From: Methylotenera sp. | GTDB taxonomy: Bacteria; Pseudomonadota; Gammaproteobacteria; Burkholderiales; Methylophilaceae | Direction: 5' to 3' | NCBI GenBank assembly: GCA_049302535.1 | Contig: JBAQME010000102.1 | Span: 1 to 53,099 of the forward strand | DNA: 53,099 nucleotides | The notes under the pieces: model-generated | Database searches by the model: none | What the model was told of the DNA's origin: nothing | What the model saw: the letters and a program-made list of their open reading frames with translations, nothing else | Shown: positions 10,269 to 18,876 of the stretch, piece by piece | How positions within the stretch are numbered: the stretch's first letter is position 1 | How the letters are laid out: each line of letters begins with the position of its first letter | Program-made: the position numbers and the translations under genes

Positions 10269-11321
10269 ATGAAAACAATTCAAATAGCCGGCCGTGATAT
10301 AGGCCCAAATCATCCGCCCTTTATCATAGCTGAGATGTCTGGCAATCATAACCAGTCGCTTGAACGCGCTTTGGAAATCGTCGAGGCCGCCGCCAAGACA
10401 GGTGCACATGCACTAAAAATTCAGACTTACACCCAAGATACCATGACGCTGGATATTGACGAACGTGAGTTTCATATCAGCGACCCCAAAAGCTTGTGGG
10501 CTGGAACCTCGCTCTACAAACTGTATGGTGAGGCCTATACCCCATGGGAATGGCATAAACCAATTTTTGACAAGGCTCGTGAACTGGGCATGATCCCGTT
10601 CAGCACGCCTTTCGATGACACTGCGGTAGACTTCCTCGAAAGTCTGGATGTGCCGTGCCATAAGATAGCCTCATTTGAGAATACTGACCTGCCATTGATC
10701 CGCCGCGTGGCAGCTACTGGTAAACCGTTGATTATCTCCACTGGTATGGCTACGGTGGCTGAATTGGACGACACTGTGCGTGCCGCACGCGAGGCAGGAT
10801 GCAAGGATTTGATCCTGCTCAAATGCACAAGCACTTATCCTGCGACGGCAGGGAACACTAATATCCTGACTATTCCGCACCTGCGTGAGTTGTTTGGATG
10901 CGAGGTGGGTTTGTCAGATCACACCATGGGTGTTGGCGTATCGGTAGCTAGCGTGGCACTAGGTGCTACTGTCATTGAGAAGCACTTCACTCTTAATCGT
11001 GCTGATGGCGGTGTAGATAGCGCTTTTTCTATGGAGCCTGCCGAAATGGCGCAGTTGGTTGTAGAAACAGAGCGCGCTTGGCAAGCGCTGGGGCAGGTGA
11101 GTTACGGCCCTACTGAGGCAGAGAAAAAATCCCTGCAGTATCGACGTTCGCTATATGTGGTGCAAGACTTGAAAGCCGGAGATTTGCTAACTAAAGAAAA
11201 TGTTCGGGCGATTCGGCCGGGTCTAGGACTGTCGACGAAGCACTTGGAGATTGTGCTGGGTAAGACAATTAAACGGGATGTGAAACGCGGTACTGCATTA
11301 ACATGGGAGTTGTTGGGATGA
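10269..11321 (+). CDS. pseI: Pseudaminic acid synthase
   Basis: IIAEMSGNHNQSLERA, KIQTYT.DTMT, TPWEWH, KIASFE, LLKCTSTYPA, GLSDHT, IEKHFTL and DSAFS.EP; SAF domain. Confidence 0.93.
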   Translation: MKTIQIAGRDIGPNHPPFIIAEMSGNHNQSLERALEIVEAAAKTGAHALKIQTYTQDTMTLDIDEREFHISDPKSLWAGTSLYKLYGEAYTPWEWHKPIFDKARELGMIPFSTPFDDTAVDFLESLDVPCHKIASFENTDLPLIRRVAATGKPLIISTGMATVAELDDTVRAAREAGCKDLILLKCTSTYPATAGNTNILTIPHLRELFGCEVGLSDHTMGVGVSVASVALGATVIEKHFTLNRADGGVDSAFSMEPAEMAQLVVETERAWQALGQVSYGPTEAEKKSLQYRRSLYVVQDLKAGDLLTKENVRAIRPGLGLSTKHLEIVLGKTIKRDVKRGTALTWELLG

Positions 11322-11857
11322 GTCCTGATACTATTTTGAAATTCGAGGGCGGTTATTTGCGACCTCTGAAGATCACAGATGTCCATGCTGGTTATGTTTC
11401 TGGTCTAAATGATCCGGAAGTGAATCGTTATCTGGATGGGGTTAAGCACACAAAGCAAACGACCCAAAGCGTTCTTGACTTCGTTGCGGCTAACGAGGCA
11501 TCAATTAATTCAGTACTTTGGGGGATATGGCGAGAAGGCTCCGAGAGCTATTGCGGCACGGTAAGACTGCATGGCATTGAACATTATCACAAGACGGCAC
11601 ACATAGGCGTGTGTCTCTTTGATAAGGCTGTATGGGGGCAACATTTGGGCAAAAAGGCAATATCCGCTGTTACGCAGTGGGCAATTGACGTACTGGGGTT
11701 AAGATGGGTGGAAGCAGGTGCTTATGTAGACAATGTCGCATCTCAAAGGGCGTTCTTGTCAGCAGGATATTCTTGGGTATTCGATATTCCTGGCAAATAT
11801 ATGCTTGAGGGAAAACCGACGACAGTTAAGGTGTTTGCAGCACGAAAAAGTGCTTAA
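11318..11857 (+). CDS. GNAT N-acetyltransferase (RimL/Acetyltransf_3 type; possibly fills the PseH role)
   Basis: YLRPL, LNDPEVNRYL, IG..LFDK..WGQ.LG and N.AS.RAF...GY motifs; ATGA overlap with the pseI stop gives start 11318. Confidence 0.82.
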   Translation: MSPDTILKFEGGYLRPLKITDVHAGYVSGLNDPEVNRYLDGVKHTKQTTQSVLDFVAANEASINSVLWGIWREGSESYCGTVRLHGIEHYHKTAHIGVCLFDKAVWGQHLGKKAISAVTQWAIDVLGLRWVEAGAYVDNVASQRAFLSAGYSWVFDIPGKYMLEGKPTTVKVFAARKSA

Positions 11858-11896
11858 TGACCGATTTTAGATTTTCTTGTAAGAATGTACTAACCA

Positions 11897-13549
11897 TTGT
11901 CAGCGAAGTTTGTTTTGATTAAATACATCATTTTACCTTTTTCAGCGATCATAAAACGGATTCAGCGTGGACGGTTGCGCAGGATTATGCGCGGGTATCG
12001 GGTATTGAAGCAATCCGGTCAATTAGATCGAGTTGCGACAGTCAAACAAGCGTTAACAGAGCATCAGCTAGGTTTGACTAAGGAGCATTTTTCGCCTGTT
12101 GTAATGGGGTGTGGAATCGCATCCGGTGAAATTATCGTAAGACAGTATCTGCTGGTCAGGGTTGGGGGTCTTGACCTAAATCGCGCTCTGTTGATTGCTT
12201 TGGGAACTAAGGGTGGCCAAGTCGTGTTCCCATTGCCTAAAGAATGGCGCGAAATCCTGACGCGACACGGTTTTAAGGTCGCCAATTTTTGGTCGGCTCT
12301 ACTTTGGCAATTCTATGTCTGCGCACTTTTGCTTTACGGTGTAGCGATCATTGGCAAGATAGCATTCACTGAAATAGCTTCAGCAAAAAAGGGAGATTTC
12401 TGTAAAAAGTCTTATGCTTATTTTGTTGGTCTCGCGGCCGGAAATTTGCCTAAACGGATTGATGGCCGCCAAAGCTACGATATTATTTCATGGTATATGC
12501 AGAAGTATGCAAAGAAATTGCAGGTTGAGGTTATAAAGCATAGTGTCAATAATTCTTCGCCTATTGTTATCGATAATGTTTCCGTTCTTCCTGAATCAAG
12601 TCCGTTGCCTGAGTTAAGGGGATGGGGTGCTATCTTCAAATATGTTTTTTGGGGATTAAGGGCTTTTGTTGTCGCTCTACTTGATTATTCTCGTGGGCGC
12701 TGGTGGCATGCATTATTATTGAATCAGGCAGCTTTATCTGGGCAGGCTCGTTTGTTACCAGTTGATTATTTGGCAAAAGAATATTGGTTTCATAATTCTG
12801 GCTGGATATATAGACCATTGTGGACATACGACGTAGAACAAGCAGGTTCTGAAATAATTTTTTATTTTTATTCTACCAATTGTGAAGGTTTTAAAACATC
12901 TCCAGCTGAGGTACCAATACCTTATGGATGGAAGGCAGCGAATTGGTCCCGTTATTTGGTTTGGGATCAGTGGCAGGCGGATTTTATTAGAAAGTCAGTT
13001 GGCCCTGAGGCTCGGGCTGATGTAGTCGGACCAATATGGTTCAGTTCAAGTATGCAGGATTTTGATGATATTCCAGAAAATATAGTTAGCGTGTTTGATG
13101 TGCAGCCAATGAGAAACAGTTTTTATTGTTCATTGGGTCTTGACATTGAATACTATATTCCAAGTGTTGCTAATCGTTTTTTAGAGGATATTTATATGCT
13201 ACTATCAAACAGCCATTTAAAAATGGCGTTAAAGCGAAAAAGAGATGTTGGTAGGTTCTCCCATCCTCATTATCGTAACACGATTAAAAACTTAGAAACG
13301 CTTTCAAATTTCGTAATGGTTAATCCGGATATGGCGGCTTGGGAGTTGATAAAGAAATCTAAAGCTGTCATTTCTATGCCATATACATCTACTGCTTTAA
13401 TTGGTCGTGAATTAGGAAAACCGTCAGTTTACTACGATCCTACTGGGATGCTAAGAAAAGATGATTCTGCTGCGCATGGTATTCTCATTTTGAATGGTCA
13501 GGAAGAGCTTAAAGCTTGGGTGAGAAAGGCTTTAAATGTTCAGCACTAA
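11897..13549 (+). CDS. Polysaccharide biosynthesis PFTS-motif family protein (probable GT-B glycosyltransferase)
   Basis: VISMPYTSTA (PFTS-like), YFYSTN, VFDVQP, LKRKR and KPSVYYDP motifs. Family recalled from memory, not searched. Confidence 0.65.
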   Translation: MSAKFVLIKYIILPFSAIIKRIQRGRLRRIMRGYRVLKQSGQLDRVATVKQALTEHQLGLTKEHFSPVVMGCGIASGEIIVRQYLLVRVGGLDLNRALLIALGTKGGQVVFPLPKEWREILTRHGFKVANFWSALLWQFYVCALLLYGVAIIGKIAFTEIASAKKGDFCKKSYAYFVGLAAGNLPKRIDGRQSYDIISWYMQKYAKKLQVEVIKHSVNNSSPIVIDNVSVLPESSPLPELRGWGAIFKYVFWGLRAFVVALLDYSRGRWWHALLLNQAALSGQARLLPVDYLAKEYWFHNSGWIYRPLWTYDVEQAGSEIIFYFYSTNCEGFKTSPAEVPIPYGWKAANWSRYLVWDQWQADFIRKSVGPEARADVVGPIWFSSSMQDFDDIPENIVSVFDVQPMRNSFYCSLGLDIEYYIPSVANRFLEDIYMLLSNSHLKMALKRKRDVGRFSHPHYRNTIKNLETLSNFVMVNPDMAAWELIKKSKAVISMPYTSTALIGRELGKPSVYYDPTGMLRKDDSAAHGILILNGQEELKAWVRKALNVQH

Positions 13550-14999
13550 GGCAGTGATATTGAAGTCGACTGTTAGTAATGATTTGAAAATTAAAGATTT
13601 AATCCAATCGTTTTCTGATGTAGACACAAAAAATCATTTCTCATTCACATCTGGTCATCTCGGCACATTGCCAGTTAGTGACGATGTGCTTATGAAATTT
13701 ATTATAAATAAGGGTTTTTTTGAATCTCTTAAAAAGATAACATTGGTTTTGAGAGAGCTCATAAAGTTAATTATATTTTTCTTTTTGCCTGTAAAAAATA
13801 TAGCTATATTACTTAGAACTATTCTGAGGTATTTCTGCAATCCTAAGCCAATAGCTTCACATTCTCTTACTGTAATTTCATTAGGCATTCAATCAAGCAG
13901 TAAAGATGCTTACTTTGGACCGCTACTTACTCAGCTAGATAATAAATTCGATTATTTAAAAATCGTTGGTGGATATAGTTTTCGCAGCAAAAACTATTTT
14001 TATGTTGAATCAGCATTGAGTTTTTTTGAGGTAGTTAAATTTTCAATATATATATTATTTTCACCATTGTTATCACTGGGGTATTTACTTAGTAAAGTCA
14101 TAAAACTCGACAGATTAGATTATAAAGAAATTTTCTTTTTGCTTGGTTTGAAGGAAATAAACTCAGGAATAATTACACAGAATAATTTGATTGCTATATC
14201 AATTAAGGCTTGGTTGAATAAAAATAAAACGAATAAAATTCTTTACCCAATGGAAGGGCGCAGTTGGGAAAAAAATATTGTTAAGTGCATGAATGAAAGT
14301 TCGGTTCAATCTGTTGGGTATATTCACTGTGTGCTAACCCCAAGGCATCTTAGTCTTGTTATGCCTGGTTTTTATAGGCAAAAAGAAATTCCCTCAATAA
14401 TTGTTGCGCCAAGTCAAATGATAGCTAGATTAGTGCGAGTAACATTTCCTAATGCTATTGTTAAAAAAGGATACTTTCTAAGAGGAGATGAAAATAATAA
14501 AACTAACCCAAAGAAAAAAAATCCCAATTGTTTATTATTTGCGCTTACGGGAAACATCGCCGAATCAACTAGAATAATTGATTGCATAATTGCGTTAGGT
14601 ATTCAGAAGAAATATCAAATTATTTTAAGATTAAATCCTAATACTTCTTCTTATAAATATCTAATAGGCTATGCGGAAAAATTTGGAATTAATCTCTATT
14701 CAAATTCTATGGAGTATTTACCATCAATTTGTTTCTTTAGATCTTCGTCGGTAGCTTTGGATTATTTAAAACTTAATGTAACTCCTGTATATCTGAGTTT
14801 AGGTGAGATAATAAGTAGCAATGTATTCGATTTGGATAAAAAGTACGGGTTTGAGATTTTAGAAATGAATGAATTATTTGGAGTTAATCTCAATAATTTG
14901 GTTAAGTTAAATAATGAAGTTGCTTTGGGGGAGCAGATGTCGCAATACTACCTTGAAAAAATTAATTCAAATTCTACTCTTTCTGATTTATTGGATTAA
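13536..14999 (+). CDS. Hypothetical surface-carbohydrate biosynthesis protein (possible GT-B fold)
   Basis: 487-aa AT-rich ORF overlapping the upstream stop; DAYFG, YPMEGRSWEK, GYIH, LRLNP and SSSVALD loosely resemble GT-B/CDP-glycerol-transferase-like proteins. Confidence 0.55.
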   Translation: MFSTKAVILKSTVSNDLKIKDLIQSFSDVDTKNHFSFTSGHLGTLPVSDDVLMKFIINKGFFESLKKITLVLRELIKLIIFFFLPVKNIAILLRTILRYFCNPKPIASHSLTVISLGIQSSSKDAYFGPLLTQLDNKFDYLKIVGGYSFRSKNYFYVESALSFFEVVKFSIYILFSPLLSLGYLLSKVIKLDRLDYKEIFFLLGLKEINSGIITQNNLIAISIKAWLNKNKTNKILYPMEGRSWEKNIVKCMNESSVQSVGYIHCVLTPRHLSLVMPGFYRQKEIPSIIVAPSQMIARLVRVTFPNAIVKKGYFLRGDENNKTNPKKKNPNCLLFALTGNIAESTRIIDCIIALGIQKKYQIILRLNPNTSSYKYLIGYAEKFGINLYSNSMEYLPSICFFRSSSVALDYLKLNVTPVYLSLGEIISSNVFDLDKKYGFEILEMNELFGVNLNNLVKLNNEVALGEQMSQYYLEKINSNSTLSDLLD

Positions 15000-15043
15000 C
15001 TTTCTTTTGCATAACGATTCATATGATTTTTGAGCCTTAATAT

Positions 15044-15081
15044 AAATGAGCTATTTAACTTGAAATGAGCTATTTAACTTG
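15044..15081 (+). repeat. Perfect 19-bp tandem duplication covering a start codon
   Basis: AAATGAGCTATTTAACTTG at 15044-15062 and again at 15063-15081. Confidence 0.95.
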
Positions 15082-15673
15082 CATTAAGAGCCTTTTGCGC
15101 CGGAAGCCTGCACCATCAATGATAATTGCTTTAGTTCTGTCTATTAGATGGAAATGTCGTGTCTCTTTTAGCGCAGATATTCATTTTCCGTGGAATCTGA
15201 AAATTGGAAAAGGTGCGAGCATTGGTAAATGCTTGATTGTAGCCACCGGAGGTGGGGTGAGTATTGGCAATAATGTTTCGATTGGTTATGGGGCAGTGCT
15301 TGATGCTCTTGGCGGGTATATTAATATAGATGACTTTAGTGCGTTAGGTCCACATGTTGTAGCTTATGGTCAAGGCGGGCTTGAAATTGGTAAGTATTGC
15401 ATGATTGCTTCTCAAACAACAATTGTGGCTTCAAGCCATATATATTCATCAATAGATATTCCAATTAAAATGCAGGGAACCAAAGCACTTGGAATTGTTA
15501 TTGGCGATGATGTTTGGATTGGAGCTAATGTTGTTGTTCAGGATGGTGTTGAGTTAGGAAACGGGGTTATTGTGGGCAGTGGTGCTGTTGTAAGGTCTAG
15601 TTTTTCTGAGTATTCAATTGTTGCAGGTGTGCCAGCTAAGATTATCGGAAACCGCAATAGAGATGAATCTTAA
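15065..15673 (+). CDS. Hexapeptide-repeat (LbH) O-acetyltransferase
   Basis: Repeated IG motifs; IVIGDDVWIGAN, G.G.IVGSGAVV and IVAGVPAKII. Confidence 0.88.
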   Translation: MSYLTCIKSLLRRKPAPSMIIALVLSIRWKCRVSFSADIHFPWNLKIGKGASIGKCLIVATGGGVSIGNNVSIGYGAVLDALGGYINIDDFSALGPHVVAYGQGGLEIGKYCMIASQTTIVASSHIYSSIDIPIKMQGTKALGIVIGDDVWIGANVVVQDGVELGNGVIVGSGAVVRSSFSEYSIVAGVPAKIIGNRNRDES

Positions 15674-15718
15674 TGGGTATTTATGAGGTTATTTTATGTT
15701 AATTTATAGGGGATGAAA

Positions 15719-16405
15719 ATGATTAAAATATTTATTGGATACGACCCAAATGAGGAGGTGGCATATCATGTACTTTCTGCCTCAATTATGAGAAGAGCAA
15801 GTCAGCCAGTTTCAATAACGCCAATTAGTCTTGGTACATTAAGAACGATATTTAATCGCGAGAGAAATCCTTTACAATCTACGGAATTTTCATTTTCTCG
15901 ATTTTTAACACCCTATCTTTCAGATTACGAAGGATGGTCCATATTCATGGATTGCGACATGTTGGTTCTTGATGATATTGCAAATCTATGGAATTTACGT
16001 GATGACAAATATGCCTTGATGTGTGTGCATCACGACCATGTTCCTACTGAGGAGTTGAAATTTTTAAATCAAACACAAACAAAGTATGAGCGTAAAAACT
16101 GGTCTAGCGTAATGATGATGAATAATGCAAAGTGTAAAGCATTGACGCCCACTTACGTTGAAACAGCTACTGGCCTTGATTTACATAGATTTAGATGGCT
16201 AGAAGATCATCAAATAGGAGAAATACCCCATCGTTGGAATCATTTAGTGGATTACGATTCAGAGTTGCCCATTAAAGACATATCTAATTTGCACTACACA
16301 AAGGGAGGTCCATATTTTGAAGATTACAAAAACTGTGGTTATGCAAAAGAATGGCTTTCAGAATATGACGAAATGTTAAGGCCTTTCAACTCCTGGTCCA
16401 AATAA
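15719..16405 (+). CDS. GT-A glycosyltransferase (GT8-like, CDI-type)
   Basis: IFIGYDP.E, STEFSFSRFL.P, FMDCDML (DxD), Y.RKNWSSVM, WN.LV and HYT.GGP.F. Second ATG (15719) has better SD spacing than 15713. Confidence 0.8.
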   Translation: MIKIFIGYDPNEEVAYHVLSASIMRRASQPVSITPISLGTLRTIFNRERNPLQSTEFSFSRFLTPYLSDYEGWSIFMDCDMLVLDDIANLWNLRDDKYALMCVHHDHVPTEELKFLNQTQTKYERKNWSSVMMMNNAKCKALTPTYVETATGLDLHRFRWLEDHQIGEIPHRWNHLVDYDSELPIKDISNLHYTKGGPYFEDYKNCGYAKEWLSEYDEMLRPFNSWSK

Positions 16406-16424
16406 TTTATAGAAATATTGATGC

Positions 16425-17138
16425 ATGACAGATAATAGAGTGAAACTATTTTTTAACAAGTTGGATTATCTTAAAAATAGTAGTGATCGTATTTTAATAA
16501 GGTCAAATATAGTTAAACAGTTTTTAGGTGACGTTAATAATGTAAAAATCTTAGATATAGGATGTGGTGACGGTAGCCTGTCCTTGCAGTTTTTAAACAA
16601 AAGCAATTTGATAACTTTTGTCGACATTTCTGACAAAATGTTAGAAGTAGTTAAAGAGAAAATACCCGTCGGATTAGTATCAAACACTGTATTAATCAAC
16701 GATTCTTTCGACGCTGTTAGTGATGATGAATCTTTTGATGTAATAATTTGTGTGGGTGTTATTGCTCATGTGCCTTCAGTAGAGTTGTTATTTAAAAAAA
16801 TTGCAACAATACTGAAGCCTGGCGGGTTACTTGTGCTCGAAACAACTCCTAATCCTTATCCAATAGGGAAACTCTTATTTCCATACTATTTTATTAGGGG
16901 GTTGGTTGTAGGGAACTCATCTAAATATAATAAAAATAGACTCAAGATCAATGATCTTTTATTAATCACGAATTCAATTGGGTTAGTACAGTTGCAATCG
17001 GTTAGATATAGCTTTCCACTTCCAGGAATGACGCATTGGCCGCAAGCACTTAAATTGCGATATACATTATTTACATTGAATAATAAGATAATGTCACGTT
17101 TAGGTACTGAACATATTTTACTTTTTAAAAAACAATGA
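16425..17138 (+). CDS. Class I SAM-dependent methyltransferase
   Basis: ILDIGCGDG, VDISDKML, FDVIIC.GV..H and LKPGG motifs. Confidence 0.87.
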   Translation: MTDNRVKLFFNKLDYLKNSSDRILIRSNIVKQFLGDVNNVKILDIGCGDGSLSLQFLNKSNLITFVDISDKMLEVVKEKIPVGLVSNTVLINDSFDAVSDDESFDVIICVGVIAHVPSVELLFKKIATILKPGGLLVLETTPNPYPIGKLLFPYYFIRGLVVGNSSKYNKNRLKINDLLLITNSIGLVQLQSVRYSFPLPGMTHWPQALKLRYTLFTLNNKIMSRLGTEHILLFKKQ

Positions 17139-17148
17139 AATTATCTTA

Positions 17149-17940
17149 ATGAAAAAATTAATTAAAAATATAATTGCAAAAATTGGCGACTTTTTTGGTC
17201 TTTCAATTCATATTCAAATTAAAAGGGGTAGAAAATCAGATTTTGTATTGGTTGATAGGTTTGTTTTTTCCCCATTCTTAAATAATGAAAAAGAGTTGCA
17301 GTTATATAAAGAGGGTATGAGTCTTGCTAATGCTACTTGGAGTGATAATTTTTACAAACAATGTAGGTACTATAGTTTGGTTCAGATTGCTGATATTGCA
17401 TCTAAAACTTTCCCTAATTTAGATATAGTTGAGTGTGGTGTTTGGAAGGGTCATTCAGCTTGGATGATTGCCGAAATTTTTTCTAAAAATCAATTTACTG
17501 GATATTTCCATATTTTTGATAGCTTTGAAGGTGGGCTTTCAGATAAAACTGAGAAGGATAGTAATTTGGTTCGCAGTATGACTAACGAAGAGATAAAACT
17601 AGAAAAAGAGATTTTCTCATCAAGAGAATCTCAAGTGGCGAATGTGCTTTCGGGCTTTGATTTTGTAAATCTATATCCGGGTTGGATCCCGGATAGATTT
17701 AATGAAGTTGCTAATAAGCAATTTTCTTTTGTGCATATTGATGTTGATTTGTATCAACCTACACTAGATAGCTTGGAATTCTTCTGGCCTAGGATGGTTA
17801 AGGGCGGGTATGTTGTTGTCGATGATTACGGTTCGTCACAGTTTCCTGGTGCAACAACCGCAGTAGATGAGTTCATGAAAGTTAATCAGCCATCGTTTTT
17901 TTATAAAGTGCCCATGGGCGCTTGTTTTATTATCAAATAG
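17149..17940 (+). CDS. TylF/MycF/NovP-family sugar O-methyltransferase
   Basis: IVECGVWKG, FDSFEG, GWIP, FVHIDVDLY and GG.VVVDDY motifs. Confidence 0.88.
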   Translation: MKKLIKNIIAKIGDFFGLSIHIQIKRGRKSDFVLVDRFVFSPFLNNEKELQLYKEGMSLANATWSDNFYKQCRYYSLVQIADIASKTFPNLDIVECGVWKGHSAWMIAEIFSKNQFTGYFHIFDSFEGGLSDKTEKDSNLVRSMTNEEIKLEKEIFSSRESQVANVLSGFDFVNLYPGWIPDRFNEVANKQFSFVHIDVDLYQPTLDSLEFFWPRMVKGGYVVVDDYGSSQFPGATTAVDEFMKVNQPSFFYKVPMGACFIIK

Positions 17941-17958
17941 TTTTTGTCATTTTATTCA

Positions 17959-18876
17959 ATGTATATCAGTGCAGTTATTCCAACTAAAAATAGAGCGGAT
18001 GACCTATTAAATGCAGTCGAGTCTATTGTAAAACAATCGAGAGTGCCTGATGAGCTAATTATTATTGATCAAAGTGAAACGGATGTATCGCGTGACTTAA
18101 TTAAAGCTCTTTTGTCAGACAATACTGGCATTAAGTTGCGTTATGTTTATGATACAAATATTTCTGGTCTTGTAGATGCAAAAAGAGTTGCAGTAAATGA
18201 GTCGAGCGGTGATTTAATATGCTTTCTTGAAGATGATGTGGTTTTAGAATCATCCTATATTTTTGAAACTGAACTTCTCTTTTTGAATAATCTGAAAATG
18301 ATGGGGTGTTGTGGCGTCACTACAAATTTGCCACCATTAAGCAAAAACTATGTATTTCTTTTCCATTTATTTCACAAAGGTATATTCCATGATACAAGAG
18401 TAGGTGTGCATGGATTTTCTGAGAAAACATCAGCCCAATTGATACAAAGCCGCTACTTAAGTGGTGGCATTTCTTCTTACCGTAAAGAAGTCTTTGAAAA
18501 TATATCTTTTGATCTGAAAAATGATTTTTTTATGTTGGAAGATATTGATTTTTCTACCCGTGCTGCAGATTATTTTGGGGACTCACATTTCTGCATAAAT
18601 CCAAATGCAAAATTGGCGCACTATATGTCGCCGATAAATCGTGCTGTTTTTGAGCAAAAATATGCTCGAAAATTAAGAGAATTCCTTGTGTTTTACAAAA
18701 AACATAAAGATAAACCAAAAGCCACACTTAACTTGTTGTTGTTGGTGGTGGGGCTTTTGATGGAAGCAATTTTAATGGCTTTTAAAGTTAAAAGTTTATC
18801 CCCTTTAATTGGATACATGAAGGGCTTTTTAGCAGGGGTTAGATGGGATATAAATAAGGGTAAACAATGCAAGTAG
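17959..18876 (+). CDS. Glycosyltransferase family 2
   Basis: ISAVIPTKNR, IIIDQS, FLEDDV and EDIDFS.R motifs. Confidence 0.88.
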   Translation: MYISAVIPTKNRADDLLNAVESIVKQSRVPDELIIIDQSETDVSRDLIKALLSDNTGIKLRYVYDTNISGLVDAKRVAVNESSGDLICFLEDDVVLESSYIFETELLFLNNLKMMGCCGVTTNLPPLSKNYVFLFHLFHKGIFHDTRVGVHGFSEKTSAQLIQSRYLSGGISSYRKEVFENISFDLKNDFFMLEDIDFSTRAADYFGDSHFCINPNAKLAHYMSPINRAVFEQKYARKLREFLVFYKKHKDKPKATLNLLLLVVGLLMEAILMAFKVKSLSPLIGYMKGFLAGVRWDINKGKQCK

